NCBI GenBank assembly: GCA_013360445.1
Contig: JABWBP010000016.1
Coordinates: forward strand, 56,404 to 120,403
Origin: Calditrichaceae bacterium
GTDB taxonomy: Bacteria > Calditrichota > Calditrichia > RBG-13-44-9 > J075
Reading direction: 5' to 3'
Length of the DNA stretch: 64,000 nt
Shown piece by piece: positions 19,041 to 30,546 of this stretch. The translations under genes and the position numbers were made by a program. The notes beneath the pieces were generated by a model. It saw only the letters and a program-made list of their open reading frames with translations. It did no database searches and was not told the DNA's origin. Position 1 is the first letter of the stretch; the number at the start of each line of letters is the position of its first letter.

Positions 19041-22000
19041 TCATTGCAGATCGAATCTGTTATCCTTGCGGTTCTTGTCAATGAGAAGAAAATTCGGATC
19101 TATAATACAGGTTTCCGGTTTCGCCTTCACGTGCACCCTCAAAGTATTCCGAATGGAAGTGATTTTATGCTTTCGAAGATGAAGCAGTGAATCTTCGCCG
19201 TACAATCCTATTTCAAGGTAGTCCGCCAGGGGCAGCGACTTTATTGCATTTGGCGGGTTTTCCGGTTTAAATACTAAAAACGACCCGGCTTCATCCTGAT
19301 AGCCGGCGCTATCAGCCTCCTCCCGATACTTGCTTGCCACAAGATCGATTTCGACTTCATATTCGCCATTGGGCAAGCTCCTGGTCTTGACATCGACCAA
19401 TTTGTTGTCGTAAAAAGTGACCGTTTCAAACATATCATGAATCAGGTATTGCAGGGAATCCGGCGTGCCCCGGCGAATGAAATCGACCATTTCAACGCTG
19501 GTGGTGTAGGGAGCATCCTGCAATTTTACCTTCCGGTAATATGCGCCTAAAGCGGCGTTGAAAGCGCCCTCGCCGAGGTACTCATTCATAGCATTCATTA
19601 CCAGAACGCCTTTTTGATAGGGGATATGTTTTTTATCCAGACCCCGGTTATACATCAGCGGGCGTTCGGCATCCGGATCGTTCTTGCGCTTGTTCAGATA
19701 CAACTCCAGCGCCATTTCGAGAAAATTTTGTTTGGCCTGAAGCCCGTATTCCTGCTCCAAAACCTTCAAGGCAATGTATTCCGCCATGCTTTCGGTAATC
19801 ATGCGCGCGCCCATCACGTCCGCCGGAATAACCTGGTGTCCCCACCACTGGTGCGCCATTTCGTGCGCCGCCCCTAAAAACGCAAAATCGAGGGCATCCG
19901 GGTTTTGCTTTTCCAAGATAAAGCCAAGCTCCGACCACATAATTACCCCGGCAAAAGATTGGGCATGGTTGCCCAGCCCCCGGGGAAACTCCGCTATTTT
20001 CATTTTCGAGCGCCGGTAGCTTCCGAAATGCCGCTTGTGGTACTCCAATGTGGCCTTCAGGCCGTGAAACATGGACGCCAGATTGTAGCGGTGCCCCTTG
20101 TGATAGTATATCTCCAGGTCGATATCTTTCCACGTGTCGCGAGCCACCTGGTAGCGGGCAGAGCAAAACGCGAAGTCCCTGGTGGCTTTGCCCCTGGAAA
20201 CATATTTAAAATAGTTCCGGTCTCTTTCGATCCACTTGTCTTCCAAATTTCCCGAGGCAACGATGGTTTGATCTTTAGAAGTGCTGATCAGGAGCTCTAA
20301 ATCAACAAAATCCGCGTCGATGGCGCGATAGTGGTTGGCCAGGGCGGCGCTGTCGGATGGCGGGGTATCGGCCTGATCCAGGTAATAGCCTATCTCCGGG
20401 AAAATGGAAGAAGTTATGAAAGTTCCGTTTTTTTCGACCGGGGAATTTTTCTTCAGCATCGCGTTGGGAATATTCCGCACCTGGAACGCCAGCGCCGCGC
20501 TATCTCCCGGCTCCATTGATTCATCCAATTTGAGAATATCCAGGTGCGCGATGCTGTCGCTGAGAAACAGGGTATGCCCCCAATTCAAGCGATAGTGGGT
20601 AATGGCCTCGCCGGAATGGTGAATCAACAGCGTATCTATCGGGGTTGAGGATTTGTTGAGCAAAAGATAATGTCCGCTTGCCCGAAAGCTTTGCGATTCA
20701 GGGAACAGGTCTATGTTCACCTCCACTGCGACCACCCGGGGCTGCGGGAAGCGCCGGTATTTTTCGTATTTTTCCTCCGTTTGTCTGGCCGGCTTCTGCA
20801 TCTCTTTTTTTGATGGTAAGACTTCAGCCTGCTTTTCTTGCGACCTCAACCAGAACCCCATGCTCAAAAATGCCGCGGATATGCCGCACAAGCTCAGCGC
20901 CAACGCCGGCTTAAGTCTCGATCTGGCAATCGAAAGCCTCTCCTTAAAAGACTGGGGCAGTCCCCTGATCCAGAAAAGCAGGGTTGCGCAAAACAGGATT
21001 CCCCCGAAAATCAACCAATACAACTTATAAAGAAAGTAAGGAATTAAAGAATGGCCGTAACCGTTCATATCCGAATAGTACAGGAAGAAGCCCGGCTCGG
21101 GATTCTGGTTGAATTGAAATACCGGGGAAGCGATCACGATTTGGCTTAGCTGCGGAAGGCCGAAAAAGCCAACCAGCAATAAAAAAAACCCCAGGTACAG
21201 GTTGATAAAAATGCTCTGGACAAATACCGCCGCAATATCCCAAATGACAAAACTTATCAAGTGTATGCCAAAAAGCGCGAACAGGTAAAGCTCGATCTCG
21301 AAATGATAATACCCGTTGGCCGCCTGAACCGCTATTCCCGCCGCCATCGTTCCCAGCAGCAATAGCATCTGCATTTTTACGAGCGCGATAATTTGAGAGC
21401 CGGCGAATACCCAGTTGGGAAGCGGGGTAACGTCAATCAGAGCGTCCATTCGATGGGTTCTGGAACGGTGAACCAGAACCCCGGCAAACAGGAACCCCAC
21501 CAGGTTAATCAATATGGAGATAAAGAAAACCGGGAAGGCCAGCATCACCCAGGTCGCCGGTATAACCCTGGTTTGATACGGGGGATCCATCTGGGAAATC
21601 AGCAGGGTCTCCAGGATGATTCCCGCCAGGGCAATGCCGATAAAGTAGCCTCTTGAGATAATGTATTTAAAATCGATCCGGGAAAGCTCCCGGGCGGTTT
21701 TGATTTGCCGGATGATTGAATAATCGAATTGAACCGCGGGCAAACGGATTCCCAAAACCCCGCCAAAATTGCGCTTGAGGAGACGTTCACCCTTAGATTT
21801 CCTGAAGCGGAAGGCAAATGGGTGCTGCGTCAAAGAGAATTTTTTGCCGGTGATCGCAAAAATCGCCACCGCAGCCCCCAGCCAAATCACGCGATTGAGT
21901 AAGATGATGCGCTGGAAAGGAATCGGGCGGGTATTTTTCTCTGCCACGGTCCAACCCCCGGTGTAGAGAGCGGTAGCAACTTCACCGAACGGTTCCAGCA

Positions 22001-22625
22001 AGGCAGTCAATGCGGCGCTGTCAAACCCGGCGATCAAGCGGCTGGCAATTTCCCGCACAATCAAAAGAATGACCACCGCGATAAAGCCGGCATAAATATT
22101 TCGTGAAAAAACCACCATTCCGAAAACGACCGCCCCGGCAAAGAGCAAGTTGGGCAGCAGGTAAACAACATAAAGCTGCACGTAGGTCATCAAGTCCAAC
22201 GGCAAAACCATTCGACTGTCTATGCCGGGAAGTTTCGTTCCGATAATAAACCCCGCTCCCAACGCCAGGGAGATCAGCAGCACCACGCTGAAGGCGCTCA
22301 GGAATTTTCCCAATAGATAATCGGATTTTTGAAAGGGGTAGGAATACAACACTGCCTGCATGTTGCTCTTGTAATCCCGGTAAACGGCGTGTCCCACGAT
22401 GGCGGGAATAAGAAACAGCAGTAGTTTGCCGTATAGGTTGAATAGCGAAAACAAGTTTGCGGGAGAGTTTGCGATTGCTCCGGCGTCAACCGAACCTTCC
22501 CCGAAAAAACCCGCTGAACCGGCCATTGTGATTACCGATAAAACCAGGAAAAAGACTGCATAAACAGAGATGGAGGGGTTCTTAAACCAGTATTTCAGCT
22601 CATGTCGAAGAATGGCGTAAAACAT
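19041..22625 (-). CDS. Fusion protein: ABC-2 type transporter permease (N-terminal, about 12 TM) + M1-family zinc aminopeptidase (C-terminal)
   Basis: Multiple hydrophobic TM blocks in the N-terminal about 560 aa. C-terminal HEXXH-18-E zinc site (GAAHEMAHQWWGHQV ... ITESMAEYIA) typical of aminopeptidase N. Confidence 0.8.
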   Translation of the reverse strand: MFYAILRHELKYWFKNPSISVYAVFFLVLSVITMAGSAGFFGEGSVDAGAIANSPANLFSLFNLYGKLLLFLIPAIVGHAVYRDYKSNMQAVLYSYPFQKSDYLLGKFLSAFSVVLLISLALGAGFIIGTKLPGIDSRMVLPLDLMTYVQLYVVYLLPNLLFAGAVVFGMVVFSRNIYAGFIAVVILLIVREIASRLIAGFDSAALTALLEPFGEVATALYTGGWTVAEKNTRPIPFQRIILLNRVIWLGAAVAIFAITGKKFSLTQHPFAFRFRKSKGERLLKRNFGGVLGIRLPAVQFDYSIIRQIKTARELSRIDFKYIISRGYFIGIALAGIILETLLISQMDPPYQTRVIPATWVMLAFPVFFISILINLVGFLFAGVLVHRSRTHRMDALIDVTPLPNWVFAGSQIIALVKMQMLLLLGTMAAGIAVQAANGYYHFEIELYLFALFGIHLISFVIWDIAAVFVQSIFINLYLGFFLLLVGFFGLPQLSQIVIASPVFQFNQNPEPGFFLYYSDMNGYGHSLIPYFLYKLYWLIFGGILFCATLLFWIRGLPQSFKERLSIARSRLKPALALSLCGISAAFLSMGFWLRSQEKQAEVLPSKKEMQKPARQTEEKYEKYRRFPQPRVVAVEVNIDLFPESQSFRASGHYLLLNKSSTPIDTLLIHHSGEAITHYRLNWGHTLFLSDSIAHLDILKLDESMEPGDSAALAFQVRNIPNAMLKKNSPVEKNGTFITSSIFPEIGYYLDQADTPPSDSAALANHYRAIDADFVDLELLISTSKDQTIVASGNLEDKWIERDRNYFKYVSRGKATRDFAFCSARYQVARDTWKDIDLEIYYHKGHRYNLASMFHGLKATLEYHKRHFGSYRRSKMKIAEFPRGLGNHAQSFAGVIMWSELGFILEKQNPDALDFAFLGAAHEMAHQWWGHQVIPADVMGARMITESMAEYIALKVLEQEYGLQAKQNFLEMALELYLNKRKNDPDAERPLMYNRGLDKKHIPYQKGVLVMNAMNEYLGEGAFNAALGAYYRKVKLQDAPYTTSVEMVDFIRRGTPDSLQYLIHDMFETVTFYDNKLVDVKTRSLPNGEYEVEIDLVASKYREEADSAGYQDEAGSFLVFKPENPPNAIKSLPLADYLEIGLYGEDSLLHLRKHKITSIRNTLRVHVKAKPETCIIDPNFLLIDKNRKDNRFDLQ

Positions 22626-22631
22626 AGTTTT

Positions 22632-23534
22632 TTAGCCTGAGGCGGTCATTTCATCCAGTTTTAAGGCTCGGAAGTAGGCATCCTCCAGGGTGGGGCGTTC
22701 CGGCGTAAAATCCTCGCCCGGTTTGCTTTCCGCATATACCCTCACGTTCAAGGAATTGTTGAGATTGTAGGCAGAGGAAAGCACCTGGCTGGTTTGTTCG
22801 ATTTCCGGCAGGGCCGCCCCATCCCGGTTTGTTGACCAGATGCGGCCATCCAGCTCTGAGATAGCCCCGGCGGGGGTGGTTTGTTTCAGAATTCTGCCGC
22901 CATTGATGATCGCCATCTCATGGCATAAATCTTTTACGTCATCGACGATGTGGGTTGAAAAAATGATGACATTATTGGAAGCAATCCCGCGGAGCACATT
23001 CAGGAAACGGTTTCTTTCGGCGGGGTCCAATCCCGCGGTGGGTTCATCCACAATGATGAGCCGGGGATTATTTAGCAGGAGTTGGGCGATGCCGAAACGC
23101 TGCTTCATTCCCCCGGAATAGCCATCGACATATTTTTTCCGCGCCTCGTAGAGATTGGTGATTTCAAGCGCCTCTTGCACGATTTGCTGGCGCTGCTTTT
23201 TAGAGGCAACGCCTTTTAGCATGGCAAAATAGTCCAGCAAATCTTCCGCAGATATTTTGGGATACACCCCAAATTCCTGCGGCAGGTATCCCAGGACTTT
23301 TCGCAAGGAGGCCGGTTCATTCAGCGCATCAATGCCGTCGAAATAGATGCTTCCCCGGTCCGGGCTTTGCAAGGTTGCAATGGTTCTCATCAAGGTGGAC
23401 TTGCCGGCCCCGTTTGGCCCTAAGAGGCCAAACATTCCCGGTTTGATTTCCAGGGTGAGATCATCCAATGCTTTTACGCCATCGTCATAGCATTTGGTGA
23501 GATTCGATATCTTGAGCATCGCATTATTTTGCAT
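22632..23534 (-). CDS. ABC transporter ATP-binding protein
   Basis: Walker A GPNGAGKST. ABC signature YSGGMKQR. Walker B IIVDEPTAGLD. Directly upstream of the permease/peptidase fusion. Confidence 0.9.
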   Translation of the reverse strand: MQNNAMLKISNLTKCYDDGVKALDDLTLEIKPGMFGLLGPNGAGKSTLMRTIATLQSPDRGSIYFDGIDALNEPASLRKVLGYLPQEFGVYPKISAEDLLDYFAMLKGVASKKQRQQIVQEALEITNLYEARKKYVDGYSGGMKQRFGIAQLLLNNPRLIIVDEPTAGLDPAERNRFLNVLRGIASNNVIIFSTHIVDDVKDLCHEMAIINGGRILKQTTPAGAISELDGRIWSTNRDGAALPEIEQTSQVLSSAYNLNNSLNVRVYAESKPGEDFTPERPTLEDAYFRALKLDEMTASG

Positions 23535-23587
23535 ATTGTTTGACCGAATACAGATGATGAAGTGACCCCCCTAAGGGGTTTGCAATA

Positions 23588-23625
23588 TCCAACACTCCAA
23601 CAATCCATTACTCCATTAATCCCCT
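23588..23625. repeat. ATCCAACACTCCAACAATCCATTACTCCATTAATCC repeat, same family as 12057-12115
   Basis: Shares ACTCCATTAATCC and CCAACACT with 12057-12115. Lies between the ROK kinase stop and the ABC ATPase start. Confidence 0.4.
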
Positions 23626-23628
23626 ACC

Positions 23629-24498
23629 CTAAACCCCAGCGCCCTCGCTCCCACCCTCCATCGCCAGGGCGATCGCTCCTATCAGCGCGGAGTCGTATCC
23701 CAACCGGCTGAGCCGCACCTGCGGGGCGGGAACGATTTTCAAATGCGCGTGCAGGGTTGCCCGGGCCGGGCGGAGCAGTTTTTCCCCCGCGCCGACGGCC
23801 ACGCCCCCGCCTAATACGATCACCTCCGGGGCATAGAGCGTGGCTAAATTGCGCAATCCCTGGCCAAGGTTATAGCCCACTTCCTCCCACTCCTCTTCCG
23901 TTAGCTTTTCCGCCGGTTTTCCGTAAATGCGCCGGATACCGTTGCCGGAAACCAGCGCCTCCAGACAATCCCGCGCCCCGCACTCGCACTGCACCCGCTC
24001 CGGGCGGGCGCAGCAAAAATGGATCGACTGGTGTCCCGCCTCCTGGTGAACCCCGCCGGCCCCGCGGTAAATTTTCCCGTCGATCAAAAATCCCCCGCCC
24101 ATGCCGGTGCTGAGGGTGAGATACAACAATCGAGAGGCGGTTTCCTTGCCGAATTTGTATTCGCCTAACGCTGCAACGTTGGTATCCACGTCCACGACAA
24201 AATGGCAGCGGAATTGGGTTTCCATAATGTTTTTCAGGGGCACGCTGCGCCATTGGGGCTGGTGCAGGGGAGAAACCACCCCGCTATTATGCTCCAACGG
24301 CCCGCCAATCGCCGCCCCGATGGCAATGATGCGGTTATTCTCCCGGAGCCGCGCCGCCAATTTTTTGAGCAGGCTTAAACCCTCCTGCAGATCGAGGGGC
24401 GTGTCCGCCCGCAAACGCCGCAGGATTTCGCCGCCCTCGTTGGCGGCTGCGGCCATAATTTTGGTTCCCCCAATATCCAGGCCGATGAGAATATTCAT
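23629..24498 (-). CDS. ROK family sugar kinase (glucokinase-like)
   Basis: N-terminal LIGLDIGGTKI ATP-binding motif. ROK zinc motif HxxCxCGxxGCxE (HFCCARPERVQCECGARDCLEA). Confidence 0.8.
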   Translation of the reverse strand: MNILIGLDIGGTKIMAAAANEGGEILRRLRADTPLDLQEGLSLLKKLAARLRENNRIIAIGAAIGGPLEHNSGVVSPLHQPQWRSVPLKNIMETQFRCHFVVDVDTNVAALGEYKFGKETASRLLYLTLSTGMGGGFLIDGKIYRGAGGVHQEAGHQSIHFCCARPERVQCECGARDCLEALVSGNGIRRIYGKPAEKLTEEEWEEVGYNLGQGLRNLATLYAPEVIVLGGGVAVGAGEKLLRPARATLHAHLKIVPAPQVRLSRLGYDSALIGAIALAMEGGSEGAGV

Positions 24499-24504
24499 TT
24501 CTCA

Positions 24505-25512
24505 CTATATCTCCATCGCCAGCCTTATAATCCGCTCCATCAACTCAGTGAACCCGATTCCCACCGCTTTGGCGGCCTTGGGAACCAGGCTGGTAGGGGT
24601 CATGCCCGGGAGGGTGTTCACTTCCAAACAGAAGAACTGCCCGTCATCTTGCAGGCGGAAATCCACCCGGGCATAGCCGCGGCAGCCCAGGGCGTGATAG
24701 GCTCCCGCGCCCGCTTCCCGGATTTTCGCCGCCAGCTCTTCCGGCAATTCCGCGGGAACCACGTAACGGGTTTTGCCGCCCTGGTATTTGGCCTCGTAGT
24801 CGTAAAAACCGCTTTCGGGAATGATTTCGATAATGGGTAGGGCCTCTCCGCCTAACACCGAGACGGTTAGCTCCCTGCCGGGGATGTATTTTTCGACCAG
24901 TGTGACGTCGCCGTATTGAAAAGCCCGCTCCAGCGCGGCGCTCAACTCTCCCGGCTGGCGCACGATGGAAAGGCCCACCGTAGAACCCTGCTCGTTCGGC
25001 TTCACCACCAGGGGCAGTTCCCTTGCGGCAAGTATGGCGGCATCGGCGCCTTCGCGCCGGGAATATTTCTCCCAGGGCGCGGTGGGCACGCCGTTCGCTT
25101 GAAAAATCACTTTTGAGAGATGTTTATTCATTCCCAGGCCGCTGGCCAGGGCCCCGCTGCCGGTGTAGGGAATTCCTGCGAGATCGAGCAACGCCGCCAA
25201 CTGCCCGTTCTCCCCGTAGCCCCCGTGCAGGGCGTTGAAAACCACTTCGATTTTTTCCCGGATCAAATATTCCACCGCAGCGAAAATATTGCGATCTAAC
25301 GCCGGTTTCTCTTTTTCGATTTCCGACGGCGTTACCCGGATGATCTGCCCGGTATCGGCTCCCAGGAAATCCACCGGCTTAGCGCCATAGGCGCAATCAA
25401 TCGCCTGTACCTCATGGCCGTTTTCCTTCAAGGCCCGGGCAATGGCGATGCCGGTGGAAAGGGAAACGTCGCGCTCCGCGGAGGTGCCGCCTAACAGAAC
25501 TGCGATTTTCAT
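24505..25512 (-). CDS. ddl: D-alanine--D-alanine ligase
   Basis: MKIAVLLGGTSAEREVSL N-terminus. ATP-grasp motifs. Full-length 335 aa Ddl architecture. Confidence 0.9.
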   Translation of the reverse strand: MKIAVLLGGTSAERDVSLSTGIAIARALKENGHEVQAIDCAYGAKPVDFLGADTGQIIRVTPSEIEKEKPALDRNIFAAVEYLIREKIEVVFNALHGGYGENGQLAALLDLAGIPYTGSGALASGLGMNKHLSKVIFQANGVPTAPWEKYSRREGADAAILAARELPLVVKPNEQGSTVGLSIVRQPGELSAALERAFQYGDVTLVEKYIPGRELTVSVLGGEALPIIEIIPESGFYDYEAKYQGGKTRYVVPAELPEELAAKIREAGAGAYHALGCRGYARVDFRLQDDGQFFCLEVNTLPGMTPTSLVPKAAKAVGIGFTELMERIIRLAMEI

Positions 25513-25723
25513 AGTTTTTGTTTGGTTATTGGTGGTTAGTGGTCAATCAATGTCGTTAAGTTGAGGCGTGGTCATAATTATCCGGTAGCGAAATCAAGGA
25601 GATTCCGGCATTCGCCGGAATGACAGTCGCCGACCTTGTCACTCCTGCTTCAAAGGAGTCACTTCGTGACGAATGCAGGAGTCTCCCGCTAAAAGCCAAC
25701 CCTTTGTTTATTAAAGAATCGGA

Positions 25724-25771
25724 GTAACTATTCAGGCGTTTTGCCACAGAGGCCACAGAGAGCACAGAGAC
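25724..25771. repeat. Partial copy (left arm) of the MITE-like element at 12829-12950
   Basis: GTAACTATTCAGGCGTTTTGCCACAGAGGCCACAGAGAGCACAGAGACAT matches 12829-12877 with few mismatches. No right arm is present. The region 25600-25700 also carries several short hairpins (e.g. ATTCCGG-N6-CCGGAAT). Confidence 0.45.
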
Positions 25772-25852
25772 ATAAAAAAATTCCTAATCAAATCACAAAT
25801 ACAGGGATATAAGGCTCTAAATCGGAATTATGACCACGTATCAACTAATTAA

Positions 25853-27301
25853 TCATACATACTTTTCCAGCGCCTGGCGGATGAAGCTGGCCGCTTTTTC
25901 TTTGCCGAAAACTTCGATCACCGCGGGAAGCTCCGGACCGGAGATCATCCCGGTGAGGGCCACCCGCACCGGCTTCCAAAGCTCCTGCCCCTTGATCCCG
26001 GTTTCCTGCTGCACTTCCTTCATGGCCTGGCGAAAGGTATCCATATCTAAGCGCTCCAGCGCCTGCGCTTTCTTCAAAAATGTTTCTAAAACCGTTTTCA
26101 CGCCGGGAGTTTTCAGGTGCGCCAGGGCCTCCGGCTCGCTGATTTCCAGAACATCCCGGTAGAAAATCGCCGCTGCGCCATACACTTCGTCGCCGCGGTT
26201 GATCTTCTGGTACACCGCCCGGATGATTTTGCGGGTTTTCCCGGCGTCGGAAACGTCCGCCCCGGCTTTTTGCAGAAAAGGGGTTAAAAATACTACCGCT
26301 TCATCTTCGGAAAGCTGGCGGAGATAGTGCCCGTTCATCCAGTTGAGTTTGGCGAGGTCGAAAACCGCCCCGGCCTTGTTGACCCGCTCCAGGGAAAATT
26401 CTTTGATCAACTCTTCTAAGTTGAAAATTTCCCGGTCCGTGCCGGGATTCCACCCCAACAGCGCCACAAAATTGATCAGCGCCTGCGGCAGATAGCCTTT
26501 ATCGCGGTAATCTTCCACGGCCACGTCGCCCTGGCGCTTGCTCAGCTTGCTGCGATCAGGGTTCAGCAGCAGCGATAAATGCGCCATTTTCGGAGGCTCC
26601 CATCCGAAAGATTTGTAAAGCTGGATGTGCTTGGGCACGCTCAGCAGCCATTCTTCCCCGCGGATGATGTGGGTAATTCCCATCAGGTGATCGTCCACCA
26701 CGTTGGCGAGATGGTAAGTGGGGTAACCGTCGGATTTGAGCAGGATTTGATCGTCGATCAATTCATTCTGGAAGGAAACCGTTCCGCGGATGAGGTCTTC
26801 TACCACGGTTTCCCCGTCCAGGGGCATTTTCATGCGCACCACCCGGGGGATATTGGCGGACAACTTTTGATTCACCGCTTCCGGGCTCAGGCGGCGGCAG
26901 GTTCCGTCGTATTTGGGGGTCAATCCCTGGGCGGCCTGGCGTTCCCGCATGGCTTCCAGCTCCCCGGGGGTGCAGAAACAGTAATAGGCGTGGCCGGATT
27001 GCAGCAGTTTTTGCGCATTTTCCCGGTAAATTTCCAGGCGCTGCGACTGGATGTAAGGACCGTGGCCGCCCCCGGCGTCGGGACCTTCATCGTATTGCAA
27101 TCCCGCCCATTTCAGGCTGGCCAGCAATTGCTCCATCGCGCCTTCCACGTAGCGGGTCTGGTCGGTATCTTCGATTCGCAAAATAAATTTGCCGCCCTGG
27201 CACCGGGCAAACAGGTAATTGAACAGGGCGGTTCGCAGCCCCCCCACGTGCAGAAATCCGGTGGGGCTGGGCGCGAAGCGGGTGCGGACAGTATCAGACA
27301 T
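25853..27301 (-). CDS. gltX: Glutamate--tRNA ligase
   Basis: Class I motifs: HIGH region (PSPTGFLHVGGLRTAL) and KMSKS (KLSKRQG). 482 aa. Confidence 0.95.
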   Translation of the reverse strand: MSDTVRTRFAPSPTGFLHVGGLRTALFNYLFARCQGGKFILRIEDTDQTRYVEGAMEQLLASLKWAGLQYDEGPDAGGGHGPYIQSQRLEIYRENAQKLLQSGHAYYCFCTPGELEAMRERQAAQGLTPKYDGTCRRLSPEAVNQKLSANIPRVVRMKMPLDGETVVEDLIRGTVSFQNELIDDQILLKSDGYPTYHLANVVDDHLMGITHIIRGEEWLLSVPKHIQLYKSFGWEPPKMAHLSLLLNPDRSKLSKRQGDVAVEDYRDKGYLPQALINFVALLGWNPGTDREIFNLEELIKEFSLERVNKAGAVFDLAKLNWMNGHYLRQLSEDEAVVFLTPFLQKAGADVSDAGKTRKIIRAVYQKINRGDEVYGAAAIFYRDVLEISEPEALAHLKTPGVKTVLETFLKKAQALERLDMDTFRQAMKEVQQETGIKGQELWKPVRVALTGMISGPELPAVIEVFGKEKAASFIRQALEKYV

Positions 27302-27358
27302 CTCTTTGTTGCTCCGGTTAGAACATGAAGCAGAGTGCGTCTCACTCTGCTCAAATTT

Positions 27359-27982
27359 TCATCTTGCCAGCCGGTTCCTTCTAAAAAAGAAGTAATACAC
27401 GCCATAGCCAACCAGCGCTATCGCCAACCCGTAAAGAACGAATTTATTATAAGCGTTGATATATTTCAGAATCTCTTCCCAGCTTTTTCCGATGAAGGCG
27501 CCCGCGTAGATGACCGCCGCATTCCACGCTAACGAGCTTAGCGTTGACAACAGCGCCACCTTGAGGATATTCAGCTTTGCCAACCCCGCCGAAATCGAAA
27601 TAACCGAACGAACCCCGCTCAAAAAACGGTTGGCGAAAATGAGGGAGTAACCATATTTTTGCAGCCAGCGATCCGCTTTTTCCAGGCGGGATTTTTTTAG
27701 CCAGCGGATATTACGTTTCTCGAAAAACCCCCACCCTAACCCGTAGGCGATCAGAAAGAGAGTCATGAATCCCGCCACGCTTCCCAGGGTGGTGCTGGCC
27801 AGAACTCCCCAATAGCTCAGATGGCCTCTCCCTACAAAATAAGCGCCGATGAGCGTCACCGTATCCCCGGGAACCGGCGGCAGCAGGTTCTCCCCCATCG
27901 CGCTCAGGAAAAGCAATCCATACGCCAGCAAGGGATTTTCCTGGGGAATGCGTATAAACAGGTCGAAGAGTTCATTCCACAT
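27359..27982 (-). CDS. DedA/SNARE-associated family membrane protein
   Basis: Conserved DedA core (LLPPVPGDTVTLIGAYF ... FANRFLSGVRSVISISAGLAKL). Start placed at MWNELF. The upstream 50 codons of the ORF-track call are translated repeat DNA. Confidence 0.75.
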   Translation of the reverse strand: MWNELFDLFIRIPQENPLLAYGLLFLSAMGENLLPPVPGDTVTLIGAYFVGRGHLSYWGVLASTTLGSVAGFMTLFLIAYGLGWGFFEKRNIRWLKKSRLEKADRWLQKYGYSLIFANRFLSGVRSVISISAGLAKLNILKVALLSTLSSLAWNAAVIYAGAFIGKSWEEILKYINAYNKFVLYGLAIALVGYGVYYFFFRRNRLAR

Positions 27983-28004
27983 ATCGTATGAATACCGATG
28001 GCTT

Positions 28005-28160
28005 CGCCGCCATTTGCTGCGCGTCATTCGCTTCGCGTCATTCACTGCGTTGTCATTGATAGTCATTGGAGAAGCACTAAATGACGCCGAAGGCAAATGA
28101 CAATGAATGACAGCGAAGCCCCAACGGGGCAAGCAAATGACGGCGAAGCCAAATACCGCG
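28005..28160. repeat. Palindromic array of GTCATT/AATGAC half-sites with central GCCCCGTTGGGGC hairpin (family shared with 33133-33235 and 52178-52310)
   Basis: Four forward GTCATT and four reverse AATGAC copies at about 12-nt spacing. rc(28080-28160) aligns with 33150-33235. Confidence 0.6.
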
Positions 28161-28164
28161 CAGC

Positions 28165-29910
<1,746 letters not shown>

Positions 29911-30222
29911 AACCGCATTCCTTTGTTTTGAGCATCTCTCCCAAATAATTCGGTGGTATTATCGACCGGATGCCATACCGCTTAATCGCTGTGAAAAAAT
30001 GTTTGGCGAAATCGCTCAAACATCCTGCCTTAAATGGCATCAATAATACAAAAAGATGCACTTTGAAACAAGGGGGAAAGCGGGAAAAACCGGCAGGGGC
30101 AGATTGATCTTTGAACCACGAATTTCACAAATTTACACGAATGATATTCGCATAATTCGCGGTTTGTTTTTAATCTGCGCCAGGTTGGAAAGAAGTTGGG
30201 TAATAATGCGAATTAAGGTATG

Positions 30223-30244
30223 AGTGCAAAATTTATTTTGCACT
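30223..30244. promoter_or_regulatory. 22-bp palindrome AGTGCAAAA-TTTA-TTTTGCACT (near-identical site at 49557-49578)
   Basis: Two 9-bp perfect arms with a TTTA spacer. The second copy differs by one compensated position. Confidence 0.35.
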
Positions 30245-30272
30245 GCGCCTAAGGGGGGCAGAGTCGGGGATT

Positions 30273-30539
30273 TCACTCCGGTTTCTTTTCAGCGCCGGAT
30301 TTTCCCCCCGCTCCCAGCAAAACTCCCATCACTGCGCCATAGGCGGTGCTGATATAGGGGCTGCTGGTAATGGGGCAGGTTCCGGTGTTGCAACCGATAA
30401 AGTAGTAGTATCCGAATCCCAACAGCGCTCCGGCAAGGCCAAAAAGGGCGGGTTTGAAGAGGATTTTTTTCCGGTTTTGCTTCAGGTTCATTGTTGCCAT
30501 ACTCCTGTTCGCAGCCCGGCTCACCACGGGCTTCGTCAA
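30273..30539 (-). CDS. Small membrane protein with a GCNTGTCP Cys motif (hypothetical)
   Basis: 88 aa. TM helix ALFGLAGALLGFGYYYFIG followed by CNTGTCPITSSPY. Part of a small-gene cluster with DUF1858 and rhodanese. Confidence 0.45.
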   Translation of the reverse strand: MTKPVVSRAANRSMATMNLKQNRKKILFKPALFGLAGALLGFGYYYFIGCNTGTCPITSSPYISTAYGAVMGVLLGAGGKSGAEKKPE

Positions 30540-30546
30540 TCTGAGA

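Noticed and set aside
27983-28132. N-terminal 50 codons of the DedA ORF-track call and similar extensions on purM, 51679-52218 and the UbiA gene (60087-60170)
   Set aside because: These segments are translations of GTCATT-array or CATAGCGC hairpin repeats. Starts were trimmed to the first residue of the conserved domain where possible, but the true starts remain uncertain.
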